Shown here one piece after another: positions 16,294-25,546 of a stretch of DNA of 34,564 bases. Source of the DNA: a virus (lineage: Duplodnaviria > Caudoviricetes); IMG/VR virus record IMGVR_UViG_3300037311_000481, positions 1 to 34,564 of that record; one strand, written 5' to 3'. Made by a program: the position numbers and the translations under genes. A model generated the notes under the pieces. It saw only the letters and a program-made list of their open reading frames with translations. It ran no database searches and was not told the origin of the DNA. The first letter of the stretch is position 1; every line of letters starts with the position of its first letter.

Positions 16294-16839
16294 TTACGGC
16301 ATGGCCGCGCGCACCTTCCCGGAGCGCGGCTTCGCCGGAACGGGTGCCACGACCGGCGACGGGGCAGGCGCCGCCGGTTGGGTGTCCCCGGTCGGCGCCG
16401 GAGCGGGATCGCCGCCGCCGTCGCCGCCCGTCTGCCCGGACACACCGTCACCGTCGGCCGTGGCCGCCGCCGGTGGCGCGGGCGGTTCGGCCGGAGCCTC
16501 CCCGACCGCGCTCTCTCGCTGGGTATTCTGTCGCTCCCCCTCGGCGGCCGCCCACGCCTCCATCGCCTCGTGCCAATCCTCGACCGGCAGGGTCATGACG
16601 ACGCGCTGCGCCTCGGCCCGCAGCTCGGCCGGAGCAGGCTCGAACGCGCCATCCGGTTCCAACTGGTACTCGATGTCGAGCACCGGATCGGCGAGCAGGC
16701 GCAGGTGCCGTTCTTGGGCGGCGGCATGGGCGTCCCATTCGCCGGGAACCGGAAAATCGACCCACTCCTTCACCGTGCCGAATTCCAGTCCCGCGCGCCG
16801 GTAGGGCGCGCGGGCGGAGCGGATGCGGACCGCCGTCAT
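16294..16839 (-). CDS. Mu gp35/HI1506-like protein with Pro/Ala-rich tail
   Basis: YRRAGLEF...LLADPVLDI; directly after the capsid gene. Confidence 0.7.
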   Translation of the reverse strand: MTAVRIRSARAPYRRAGLEFGTVKEWVDFPVPGEWDAHAAAQERHLRLLADPVLDIEYQLEPDGAFEPAPAELRAEAQRVVMTLPVEDWHEAMEAWAAAEGERQNTQRESAVGEAPAEPPAPPAAATADGDGVSGQTGGDGGGDPAPAPTGDTQPAAPAPSPVVAPVPAKPRSGKVRAAMP

Positions 16840-16843
16840 CGGG

Positions 16844-17749
16844 CTAGGCCACGAGCGGCGAGGTCAGGACCTCGACGTCCTTGTAGTACTCGTTGTCGGC
16901 GCCACCGTCGCCGGTCGCCCGGTCGATCAGCCGCTTCGCGGCGCCGCGGTTGTTCGGACCGACGACGAGCAGGTCGGGCACGAGGTTGAGCGGACGGCCG
17001 CCTTCGCCGAAGTGCGTCTGGATCGCCTTGTAGGCGGCCTCGTAGTTCGCCGCGGTGAGCGCCGCGTTCGACCGGAAGGCCATCTGCCAGAAGCCGTAGC
17101 CGACGTTGCAGCGGCCGCGCGTGCCGTAGAGGAACTCGTCGTTCTTCAGCACATGCTCGCTGTTGAGGTCGGTGAGCGACTGCAGCTCGATCCGCTCGCG
17201 TTCCTGGAAGATCAGCGGTTTCAGCGGACGGTTGGTGACCATCAGGTACCAGCTCTCGCCGCCGCCCGCCTGATAGTTGGAGGCGACGACGGCCGCACCG
17301 TTCGCATCGAACGACGGATGGTCCGTATCGAAGAAGTTCTGGCCGTCGAAACAGGCGGTCGAGATGCCCATCTTCAGTGCCTCGAAGACCAGCTGGTCGG
17401 GCAGCTCGGCGCCCGCGAGCCCGAGCTCCTGCGCAACGGGGGTGAACATGCCGACCTGGTCGTCCGAGATATCGTCGCGGCTGACCTTGATCGAACCCTC
17501 GAACTTGCGGTTCTTGATGCTGTAGTCGCTGGTCGTGAGCGACATGAAGACGCGCTCGCCGACCCATTCCCGCATCTTCGGGAACTGGCCGAGCCAGCCG
17601 TATTTCTCTTCGCGCGTGTTCGACGGAACGCGCGTGGCGATCCGGTTCCAGACCGGTTTGTAGCCGTCGAACGCGCCCTTGAACGCGGTCTTGAAGCCGG
17701 TGAAGATCGCGCTCAGCAGCGCGAGGGTGACTATGATTCCGCGGGACAT
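16844..17749 (-). CDS. Major capsid protein (Mu gpT-like)
   Basis: YGWLGQFPKMREWVGER, CFDGQNFFDTDHP, GYGFWQMA; GGAG SD. Confidence 0.96.
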   Translation of the reverse strand: MSRGIIVTLALLSAIFTGFKTAFKGAFDGYKPVWNRIATRVPSNTREEKYGWLGQFPKMREWVGERVFMSLTTSDYSIKNRKFEGSIKVSRDDISDDQVGMFTPVAQELGLAGAELPDQLVFEALKMGISTACFDGQNFFDTDHPSFDANGAAVVASNYQAGGGESWYLMVTNRPLKPLIFQERERIELQSLTDLNSEHVLKNDEFLYGTRGRCNVGYGFWQMAFRSNAALTAANYEAAYKAIQTHFGEGGRPLNLVPDLLVVGPNNRGAAKRLIDRATGDGGADNEYYKDVEVLTSPLVA

Positions 17750-17763
17750 TTAACGAGACTCCT

Positions 17764-18180
17764 CTAGTCGCCGAACTTCACCCAGACGCCCTCGGACGTG
17801 ACGTCCTCGATGCGACCGGCGCGGGCGCGGGTGTTGACGGCGTGACCCTTGGTCACCGTCTGGTTGTCGAGCACATAGGCGGGGTCGCCGATGCTGGTGG
17901 CGGTGATCGCGTCGCCGTTGGCGAACAGGAACGTGCCGTAATCGACGTCGACCTTGGTCTCGCCGTCGACCGCCGTGGCGGTGACGCCGCTGGCGGCGAC
18001 GCCGGCCGCCTTCATCGTCGCGGCCTCTGCCGCGTCGACCCCGGCGCGGCCCGCGATCGCGAGACCCGCGAGCAGGACGACGATGGTGTTCTGGTGGATG
18101 ACGGCGTTCGCCTTCACCGGCCGGGTGAAGGTCGCGCCGTCGCGCTCGAAGCGCTTCCGGGCTGCGGTGGCTGCGGCCAT
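17764..18180 (-). CDS. Capsid decoration/cement protein
   Basis: 138 aa between protease and capsid; AYVLDNQTV, AGRIEDV..GVWV. Confidence 0.75.
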   Translation of the reverse strand: MAAATAARKRFERDGATFTRPVKANAVIHQNTIVVLLAGLAIAGRAGVDAAEAATMKAAGVAASGVTATAVDGETKVDVDYGTFLFANGDAITATSIGDPAYVLDNQTVTKGHAVNTRARAGRIEDVTSEGVWVKFGD

Positions 18181-18728
18181 TATGCCAGCTCCTTCTTCTT
18201 GGTTTCGAGCATCGCCGCCTCGTCGAGGCCCATCGCCACCGCGACGGACTTCTCTTCGGCGGTCAGCGCGACGTTGTCGGGAATGTCCTTCTCGACGATG
18301 CCGGGCGTGACGACGGCGGGCTGTGCGCCGACGATCGCGTCGAAGCGGGCCGGGTTTTCCTGCGCGAGCGCGAGGAAGCTGTCGCGGGCCGCGGGGACGA
18401 TCTTGCCGGCCTTGACGGCGGCATCGACCTTCGCCGTCGCGTCGCGCAGCGCGAACCCGGCCTTCAGCTCGTTGAGTTCGGTCTGCACGGCCGCGAGCGC
18501 GGTGCCGTCGCCGACCGAGGCCGCCTTCAGCTTCTTCGCCTCGGCGGTGACCGCATCGACGGCCGCGTCGGCAGCGAGGCCGAGCGCGAGCGCCGTCGCA
18601 CTGACGGCGGACGCGAGGGCGGTGGTGCCGTCCTTCGCGGATTTGAGTTCGGCGATCGCGGCGAGGATCTGCTCCTCGGTCGCGTCGGCGCCCAGGCCGA
18701 GTGCCTGGGCGAGCTTGGTCCAGTCCAT
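18180..18728 (-). CDS. Scaffold protein Z (in-frame internal start)
   Basis: GGAG-acgtc-ATG (MDWTKLAQALGL) inside the protease gene, as in Mu I/Z. Confidence 0.7.
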   Translation of the reverse strand: MDWTKLAQALGLGADATEEQILAAIAELKSAKDGTTALASAVSATALALGLAADAAVDAVTAEAKKLKAASVGDGTALAAVQTELNELKAGFALRDATAKVDAAVKAGKIVPAARDSFLALAQENPARFDAIVGAQPAVVTPGIVEKDIPDNVALTAEEKSVAVAMGLDEAAMLETKKKELA

Positions 18729-19232
18729 GACGTCTCCGTGTTTTGCCTCCGCCGCGAGCGCGGGAAGGTCGAGGGCGGGCTTGTTGGTCAGACTCGCGCG
18801 GCGCACCGCCGTGATCAGACCGGTGTCGTCGAAATCGAACACCGGACTGACGTAGCGGTACTCCTTCGCCTGCAGCGCCGCTTGCGCGGCCGGGGTCCAT
18901 TCGACGCGGGCGTAGATGCCGTCGTCGCGGGCCTGCAGCTCCTTGATCCACCCGCTGGCCGGGGCGCGGCCGCCGACGCCGCGCACGGCGGCGAGGTCGG
19001 TCTGGTGGTCGTAATCGAAGACGGGGTCGACGCCCGCGGCGACGAGCGCGAGGCTCGCGGCGACGACGGACGCGAGTGCGGTTTTCGGCAGACGCCAGCG
19101 GCGCCCGTCGCGGGCGTTGAGGTTGCCGACCGGCAGCAGCTTCACCCATTCGGGCACCCCGCCGTCGGCCGCAGCGAGCGCGACGAGCACCGCGCCCGTC
19201 GCCGTCCCGCTTGCCTGCTGTCCCTTGCTCAC
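18180..19232 (-). CDS. Mu-like prohead protease I with C-terminal scaffold
   Basis: PEWVKLLP, DYDHQT, APASGWI, VEWT, EYRYVSPVF, LTNKPAL. Confidence 0.93.
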   Translation of the reverse strand: MSKGQQASGTATGAVLVALAAADGGVPEWVKLLPVGNLNARDGRRWRLPKTALASVVAASLALVAAGVDPVFDYDHQTDLAAVRGVGGRAPASGWIKELQARDDGIYARVEWTPAAQAALQAKEYRYVSPVFDFDDTGLITAVRRASLTNKPALDLPALAAEAKHGDVMDWTKLAQALGLGADATEEQILAAIAELKSAKDGTTALASAVSATALALGLAADAAVDAVTAEAKKLKAASVGDGTALAAVQTELNELKAGFALRDATAKVDAAVKAGKIVPAARDSFLALAQENPARFDAIVGAQPAVVTPGIVEKDIPDNVALTAEEKSVAVAMGLDEAAMLETKKKELA

Positions 19233-19290
19233 GTGTCTCGACCCCGATGCGCCTGTGGCGGCGGGCCGCGCCCGCCGGATACGAGGGGGC

Positions 19291-19334
19291 ACGCTAGGCG
19301 GTCGCAGAGAGCCGACTAAGGTGAAGGATTTCAG
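19291..19334 (-). promoter_or_regulatory. Late promoter (PI-like), Mor/C-dependent
   Basis: CTGAAATCCTTCACCTTAG-N19-TAGCGT; near-identical copy upstream of the endolysin. Confidence 0.75.
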
Positions 19335-19519
19335 GTGAAGCGCGCGCAGGCAACAGCGCGGGGCCGCCCTTATCGGACGCGACCGGCGGCGATGGCAAGC
19401 CCGGTTGAAGCGACGCGGCTCCCGCGCTATGTCGGCGTCGGACCCGGGGCCGTTTCGGACGTAGGAGCCAAGGTTCGTCGAGCGATCGGCGACTCATGCC
19501 GCGCCGCCGGGTCCACCCC

Positions 19520-21028
19520 TCACACCGGCTTCTTGTAGAGCGTCATCATCGCGAGCTGCCGGGCGCTCCGGTGGATGCGGTCGATCAGCGTGTAACGCGC
19601 GCCGTCGATGTCGAGCTCGTAGGCGACGGCTGGCGGCTTGGGCGGTTTGCGGTCCTGAAAGGTTTGGCGCCCTTCGCGGCGGATGCGCGGGATCAGCAGG
19701 AAGTCTTCGCGCCGAACGGGGATCTGGCCGAGCGCCGCGGCGACGTCGTCACGGCCGTGCTTGGCCATGACCTTCCGGATTTCGGCGTTCCGGACGATGG
19801 TCTCGAACCCGCTGAGGTCGCCCGCCGCGGGCGGCCAGCGGACGGGCGGTCCGAACGTGAACACGCGAACGTCGTCGACCCGGTCCAGCGCGGCATCGAC
19901 GAAGCCCGTGAGTCTGGTCAGCGTTTCGTCCAGCACGTCGGGCTGCCCCGGCGGGCCGTCGAAGCGCCACCCCGCCCGGCCGAGCTCGACCGAGACGCCG
20001 TCGCGGCCGACGTAGCGCCGCACGAGGGCAACGGTGCCATCGGCGTTTCGGCGCCAGACCCAAGCGACGTCCTGCGGGTCGAGCAGCGCCGACGCCGCGC
20101 CGTCGAGCCGGTTGACCGGGCCGGGAACCCGCAAATCGCCGTTCCGCCCGGTGACGAGGCCGGGACCGACCGGTACCGGATACCCTTCGCTGTCGGTCAG
20201 GATACGCGGTGTCGCCGCATCGAGGCGCGCGATGAAGCGATCCGCCGCGGCTTTGGTCGCCGCTGCGTCGCCACTCGTCGCGGCCGGGATCGGCGGGGGC
20301 ACGAGCGGCGCGAGATAAGCCTTGCCGACGTTGAAGCCGAATCCCGGGTCGATGCCTTCGGCGATCTTCACCCGCTCGCCGGTGCGCTTGTTGACGTAGG
20401 TGCGGGTCGGCGAGGCCGGCGGCGGCTCGGTCACCGTCCATCCGCGCTTCTTCATCATGTCGGCGTCGAGCTGCTGCGCGATGCAGCCGCAGTTCCAGCC
20501 GCACGGCGGGTAGTGCTGGTCCCACCACGGGTCGTCGACCGGGCGGATGACGCCGTGCCAGGGCTTGTGCTCGTCGCGCGCGGTGCGGCGCTGGATCTGC
20601 ACGTAGCGCAGGAACGGAAATTGCTTCTTCGTGCGCTCGATCCGCTCCCAGCGCCCCGCCGCATAGGCCGAGCGCAGGTTGACGTCGAAGATGAGCTTCA
20701 GGCGCCGCGGCGAGCCGAGCTGCACCGTCTCCTCGATCCCGGTCGCGGGATCGACCATCCGCTTCTGGCCCCACCAGCCGAGCTTTTCGAGCGTCGGCTT
20801 CAGCTCGTCGATGAAGGTTTCGCGCGTCGTGCCGTTCGCGAGCGCCGCATCCAGCTCCGCCCGCACCGCCTCGAGGACGTCGCGGGTCAGCGCCTTCGCC
20901 ACCGTGAACTTGTGCGCGTGCTCGTCCTGAAACACGTCCTGCCACGCGTAGCTCGGCGCGAGGCCCTTCGCCCGGAAGAAGCGGATCGCTTCCTCGGGGG
21001 GCAGCGGGCGCAGCTCGGGTTCGGCCAC
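19520..21028 (-). CDS. MuF/gp30 minor head protein with C-terminal BECR-like nuclease domain(s)
   Basis: HKFTVAK, LEKLGWWG, RRLKLIFDVNLRSAYAAGRW, PPCGWNCGC, IDPGFGFNVG, then about 250 extra residues. Confidence 0.9.
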   Translation of the reverse strand: MAEPELRPLPPEEAIRFFRAKGLAPSYAWQDVFQDEHAHKFTVAKALTRDVLEAVRAELDAALANGTTRETFIDELKPTLEKLGWWGQKRMVDPATGIEETVQLGSPRRLKLIFDVNLRSAYAAGRWERIERTKKQFPFLRYVQIQRRTARDEHKPWHGVIRPVDDPWWDQHYPPCGWNCGCIAQQLDADMMKKRGWTVTEPPPASPTRTYVNKRTGERVKIAEGIDPGFGFNVGKAYLAPLVPPPIPAATSGDAAATKAAADRFIARLDAATPRILTDSEGYPVPVGPGLVTGRNGDLRVPGPVNRLDGAASALLDPQDVAWVWRRNADGTVALVRRYVGRDGVSVELGRAGWRFDGPPGQPDVLDETLTRLTGFVDAALDRVDDVRVFTFGPPVRWPPAAGDLSGFETIVRNAEIRKVMAKHGRDDVAAALGQIPVRREDFLLIPRIRREGRQTFQDRKPPKPPAVAYELDIDGARYTLIDRIHRSARQLAMMTLYKKPV

Positions 21029-21038
21029 GGCGCGGCGC

Positions 21039-22703
21039 TCAGGCGGGGTCGGTCAGCCCGGCGAGACGCGCGACGAACGCGGCCTGCGCGAGCCGTTCGG
21101 TCAGCGGACCCGTGTCCATCGCCGCCATCGCCTCGGCAAGCCGGGCGCGGGCGTCGTCGAGGTCGGCGCAGCCCTCGAGGAAGTCGGCGAGGCCGCCGAC
21201 GATCGGGGTCATCACCGCCTCCCACTCCTCGGCCGCGAGCGCCGCCAGCGCATCGACCTCGTCGCCGGTTCGCGGCGCGGTCGCGGTGGCCGCCGCAATC
21301 GCGAGGGAGGAAGCGCTCCCGACTTGCCCCGTAAGAGGCTTTAAGAGGCGTAAGAAGCGGTTCGCGGCCGCCTGCGCGGGGACACTGCCCCCTGAGAGGT
21401 CGGCAGGCGCCTTCTGAGGCGGTTCTGCCGGGGTGCCGAGCAGGCTCTCCGCGGGCGGCTGGGATGGGGCGAGGAGCGGCTCGTCGGGGGCGGGATCGGA
21501 CAAGCCGAGCTTGTCGCGGATCTCCGCCTGCGAAACGCGTCCGCCGATCTCGACGAACATTCTTACGGCCGGCATCATCCGGGGCGCGTCCCAGCTCTCC
21601 GCGCGGCCGAGGCTTACCCGCGGGTAGCGGCCGTCTTCCGGCGGGCCGTGGTTGAAGTCGATGAGCGGGCGGACGAGCCAGCGGTTGATCGGCGCAGCGA
21701 TCTGGGCGGCGTCGGCGTCGCGGATGTCCTGACGGACCTCGCCGTGCTCCTTGCCCGAGCCGAGGCCGCCGGTGTCCGCGTCCGTCGTCGCGGTCTGCCC
21801 GAGGACGCCCTTCGACACCTGCCGGTCGAAGAAGTCGGCCATCCCGGCGAACAGCCCGTCACCGCCGCTGCCGCTCGCTGCCGTGATGAACTCGATCTCC
21901 ATCGACTTGGGGATGATCGCGGCGGCGTCCGACCCGATCTCGCGAACGGCGCGCAGCAGCACGGTGCGGTTCTCGGGCGTCGCGTCGGGGCCGTATTTGC
22001 CGACGCGGAACGGCAGCCCGTAGACGTCGGCGAACGCGAGCCAGTCCTTCACCGCGAAATTCTTGAACATCCACATCCACGACACCGGCCGGGCGAGGCC
22101 GGAGCGGATCGGCAGGCCCGACTTCGCCTTCATGGTGACGAGCATGAACTTCAGCGGATCGTGCACCATCGGCAGCCCGTCGTCGCCGAGCAGCCGCGCG
22201 CTCTCCATGTCCGTGCGGTTGAAATCGACGTGGCGCGGATCGACCCGCACCAGCCGGTCGATCATCCACTGGCGCTCCGTCGTCGCCCAGACCGATTCGA
22301 TGTAGCTGAAGCCCTTGCCCAGCGCATCGAGCATGTCGAACAGCTCGTCCTGCAGCGTGTCGCGCGTCAGCCAGTCGCGGATGAGGTCGGCGTCGCGCAC
22401 CGCGCGCGCGCTCGTCCCTGCGGCCTCGACCGTCGCCTCGAGCTGGGCGACCGCCCGCTTCCGCGTGCCCAGCACGCCGAGATAATGGAGGTCCTTCTCC
22501 TCCATCTGCTCGGCGAGTTCGAGATAGGCGACCGTGTCGCCCGTCTCGGCCGCGCGCAGGATCGCCGCGAGCCGCTCGGGGCGGAGCCCGTCCGCCGGAT
22601 GCCCGCCCGTCGGCGCGCGCACCCCCGTGATCGTGGGCGCGGACACCTGCCGGGTGAGGGTCGCCACGTCGATCGGGCGACCGAACTGGTCGAGCAGCGG
22701 CAT
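21039..22703 (-). CDS. Portal protein (Mu gp29, DUF935)
   Basis: MEEKDLHY, DALGKGFS, FADVYGLPFRVGKY, SKGVLGQT, HGEVRQDI. Confidence 0.95.
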   Translation of the reverse strand: MPLLDQFGRPIDVATLTRQVSAPTITGVRAPTGGHPADGLRPERLAAILRAAETGDTVAYLELAEQMEEKDLHYLGVLGTRKRAVAQLEATVEAAGTSARAVRDADLIRDWLTRDTLQDELFDMLDALGKGFSYIESVWATTERQWMIDRLVRVDPRHVDFNRTDMESARLLGDDGLPMVHDPLKFMLVTMKAKSGLPIRSGLARPVSWMWMFKNFAVKDWLAFADVYGLPFRVGKYGPDATPENRTVLLRAVREIGSDAAAIIPKSMEIEFITAASGSGGDGLFAGMADFFDRQVSKGVLGQTATTDADTGGLGSGKEHGEVRQDIRDADAAQIAAPINRWLVRPLIDFNHGPPEDGRYPRVSLGRAESWDAPRMMPAVRMFVEIGGRVSQAEIRDKLGLSDPAPDEPLLAPSQPPAESLLGTPAEPPQKAPADLSGGSVPAQAAANRFLRLLKPLTGQVGSASSLAIAAATATAPRTGDEVDALAALAAEEWEAVMTPIVGGLADFLEGCADLDDARARLAEAMAAMDTGPLTERLAQAAFVARLAGLTDPA

Positions 22704-24199
22704 TACCACGTCCTCCGGCGCGACGCCGGGGCGTCGTCGTCATCATCGTTGTCGGTTAACGGGTTGGGCGGCCCGTCACGGCGTTTGGCACCTTCGTAGG
22801 CGTAGGCCTCGGGCGGCAGGTCGGCCGCGCGGCTCGCCAGTGCGGCCGCCCAGAAGCGGTCGGCGTGGATCTTGCCTTTGGGGTCGTCGCCGATGCGGAC
22901 TGCGCCGCCGGACGACGGCAGCTGCGCGATCGCGCGCAGGTCGGCGCGGATGACGGGGTCGGGCGGGATGCGGATGAGTCCGCGCTCGAACCGGTCTTTC
23001 AGCGACAGCGCGATGTCGATGCGGTTCTGCCCGGTCAGCAGCTGACCGGCCACGCGTGTCGATCCATAGCGACGTTGCGCATACTCGACCTCGGGCTCGC
23101 CCATGCCGCCTTGGTCGAGCCAGTATTGCGACATGCGTCGACCTCGGATCATCGCGTCGGCCGCGTCGCGTTGTGCTTCGAACGTCTGCCCGACGCCTTC
23201 CCAGCGGTCGCGAAGCCAAAGCACGTCACCGACCAGCTCCATGCCCCAGATGATTTGTCCGTCGCGGCGGCGCGCAATATCGCGGCCGATGAAGAACAGC
23301 CCTCCGCCGTAAAGTTCCGGCCGAGCCGCATCGCGGTGCTCGCACGCCGCCAAAGCCTCGGGCTTGATCAGCGACCCGCCACCCTCCTTCGGGATGACGT
23401 CGAGCTCCTCGCCCGCGTTGTCGCCGTAATACGAACGGATACTGGCGATCCATTCGTCCTTCGGCTCAATTCCCCGGCCGCGCCGCGACTGCACGAGCGC
23501 GTTGCGCTCGTAGAGGCCGTCCGCGACCGCGTCGTCGAAGGTGATGGCGAGGAGCTCGCCCGGCTGCGTGCCCGCGCGGATGCGGTCGCAGAGCTGGTTG
23601 AACGGGTTCGCGACGCCGTCGTGCGTCGAGACGATGACGACCTGCCCGCCCCACATCAGCAGCGCGAGCGCCGCCTTGATCTTCTCCTCGAGCTTCGCGT
23701 GGAACGCCGCTTCGTCGATGATGACGACGCCCTGCTTGCCGCGGAAGGCGCGCGGCACCGACGGCAGCGCGACGATTCGGAACTCGCCGAAGGTGATCTT
23801 GAGCGCGCGGATCGAGCGCGGGTTGCCCTCGTCGTCGACGTCGTCGAACAGCTCCTCGCCGACGGCGCTCGCGGCATGGCCGAACGCCCGCGCCCACATG
23901 GCGCAGGCGTCGATGAACTCGCGCGCCATGTCCTGTTCGTAGCCCATGTAGAAGACATGGTCGCCGCCGGCCGCGCGCTGCGACGCCGCCTTCAGCACGG
24001 CGAAGGCGGCGAGCGCCCAGGTGAGGCCGATGCGGCGCGACTTTTCGATGACGAGCAGCTTGACGCCCGCGCGCAGCCGCGCGCCGACGCGCTGCTGATA
24101 GCCGAGCAGCAGCGACCCCTTCGGCAGGACGCGCAGCGCCGACTCGGCCGCCTCGATCTCCTCGAGCTGGCCCTCGACCGTCAGGCGGCGGTCGATCAT
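22703..24199 (-). CDS. Terminase large subunit (Mu gp28-like)
   Basis: EKSRRIGLTW, VIIDEAAFH, STHDG, GRDIAR, HADRFWA. Confidence 0.95.
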   Translation of the reverse strand: MIDRRLTVEGQLEEIEAAESALRVLPKGSLLLGYQQRVGARLRAGVKLLVIEKSRRIGLTWALAAFAVLKAASQRAAGGDHVFYMGYEQDMAREFIDACAMWARAFGHAASAVGEELFDDVDDEGNPRSIRALKITFGEFRIVALPSVPRAFRGKQGVVIIDEAAFHAKLEEKIKAALALLMWGGQVVIVSTHDGVANPFNQLCDRIRAGTQPGELLAITFDDAVADGLYERNALVQSRRGRGIEPKDEWIASIRSYYGDNAGEELDVIPKEGGGSLIKPEALAACEHRDAARPELYGGGLFFIGRDIARRRDGQIIWGMELVGDVLWLRDRWEGVGQTFEAQRDAADAMIRGRRMSQYWLDQGGMGEPEVEYAQRRYGSTRVAGQLLTGQNRIDIALSLKDRFERGLIRIPPDPVIRADLRAIAQLPSSGGAVRIGDDPKGKIHADRFWAAALASRAADLPPEAYAYEGAKRRDGPPNPLTDNDDDDDAPASRRRTW

Positions 24200-24744
24200 C
24201 CGTCGGCGCCGAGGACGGCGTCCATGATGAGCTGCACCGTCTCGCTGGACATGCCCTTCGTCTTCGCAGCTTCGGCGAGCTTGCCGCGCAGCTTCGCCTC
24301 GGCGGCCTTTTCGGCCTCGCGGCGCATCTCGACCTCGGTCTTCTTCGAGCGCGACAGCGCGCTGAGGCCGTTCGCCATCATCTTGAGGAAGTCGGGGCCG
24401 AGGTCGACGTCGGCCTCGCGCATGCGCTTCAGCAGCTTGAAATATTCGGCCTCGAGCAGCTCGCGCGTCACGTCGGCGACGTCGACGCCTTCCGATTCCT
24501 TGAGCGCGTCGGCGATCGCCGCGACCTCGAACTTCGCCGCGCGCGCATCGGCGATCAGGTCGTCGATGGTGACGACGCGCCGGCCGACCGTCGAACGCGA
24601 GACCTCGACGTCCATCTCGGCGAGATGCTCGACGATCTCGTCAATGGTCGCGCCGTCCGAGCGCAGCCGGTCGATCAGGTCGCGGATTTCCTTCGGCATC
24701 CGGTCGATGCTCGACGGGCGGCGGGGAGCGCGGCGCGCGGCCAT
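24196..24744 (-). CDS. Terminase small subunit (Mu gp27/DUF3486-like)
   Basis: SSIDRMPKEIR...VSRSTVGR...GMSSET. Confidence 0.85.
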   Translation of the reverse strand: MAARRAPRRPSSIDRMPKEIRDLIDRLRSDGATIDEIVEHLAEMDVEVSRSTVGRRVVTIDDLIADARAAKFEVAAIADALKESEGVDVADVTRELLEAEYFKLLKRMREADVDLGPDFLKMMANGLSALSRSKKTEVEMRREAEKAAEAKLRGKLAEAAKTKGMSSETVQLIMDAVLGADG

Positions 24745-24745
24745 G

Positions 24746-25045
24746 TCAGCCGCGCGGCGTCGGGCGCTGGACGCCGGGAACGAAGGCCGCGCCGCGCGCG
24801 ACGTCGCAGCCGCGTTCGGTGATCGTCGCGACGGTGAGGCCGCTCGGCAATTCCTCGGCCGTCACCAGCCCCTGTTCCTTCAGCCAGGCGATGTCGACGC
24901 GCACCTGGTCGCGCGTCGACGGCACGCCGAGCTCGACCGCCGCATCGCGAAGGATCGAGGAATTGGAACGCCCCTCCGGCATCTCGGCGAGGAAGCGCAG
25001 GACGGTGAGCCGCCGATGCTCCGCGACGCGCTCGAGATAGTTCAC
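24746..25045 (-). CDS. Mu gp26-like winged-helix protein
   Basis: RRLTVLRFL...TRDQVR..WLKEQGLV...TERGCDVARG..VPGVQRP. Confidence 0.85.
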   Translation of the reverse strand: MNYLERVAEHRRLTVLRFLAEMPEGRSNSSILRDAAVELGVPSTRDQVRVDIAWLKEQGLVTAEELPSGLTVATITERGCDVARGAAFVPGVQRPTPRG

Positions 25046-25347
25046 TTGCCGCTCTCCATCAGATGGCGCTCCACGCGCTCGACGGCGTTCTCGGCCCGCA
25101 CGACGAGGTCGCGGATGCCGTCGATGTGCGCGAGGATCGACGCGGTGTCGGCTTTGGTCGCGAGGCCGCGCATCTCGGTTTCGACGACGGTGAGCCGCCG
25201 GTCGTGGTCGCCGACTTTCTTGACCAGCGCTTTCGCGTCCTCGCCTTCCTTCCAGCGACCGGCGCGGACGAAGGTGGCGAGGCTGAGGATGACGCCGAGG
25301 GTGGCGATCATCAGCGTGACGACCTGCAACAGGGTGATCTCTTCCAC
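25042..25347 (-). CDS. Mu gp25-like membrane/coiled-coil protein
   Basis: N-terminal TM helix, RLTVVETEMRGL coiled coil; GTG start after GAGGGG. Confidence 0.7.
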   Translation of the reverse strand: MEEITLLQVVTLMIATLGVILSLATFVRAGRWKEGEDAKALVKKVGDHDRRLTVVETEMRGLATKADTASILAHIDGIRDLVVRAENAVERVERHLMESGK

Positions 25348-25348
25348 G

Positions 25349-25546
25349 CTACGCCCCCTCGACAATGGCTTGGCAATCGACGCAGCGCGTCGCGTTCGGG
25401 ACCGCGCGGCGGCGCGCGGGCGGGATGTCGTCGCCGCACATCATGCAGCTGTCCCGGCCGTGCCCGGCGCGCGCCGAGCGGACGCGGGCGATGCCGGTGG
25501 CGACGGCGTGGCGGGTGAGGACTTCGGCATGATCGACGACGTCCAT
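25349..25546 (-). CDS. TraR/DksA C4 zinc-finger protein
   Basis: MDVVD, CMMCGDDIPPARRRAVPNATRCVDCQ. Confidence 0.88.
   Translation of the reverse strand: MDVVDHAEVLTRHAVATGIARVRSARAGHGRDSCMMCGDDIPPARRRAVPNATRCVDCQAIVEGA

Noticed and set aside
19294-19538. 67-aa ORFs as a MuF immunity gene
   Set aside because: Low-complexity translation, no clear SD, and overlap with the late promoter
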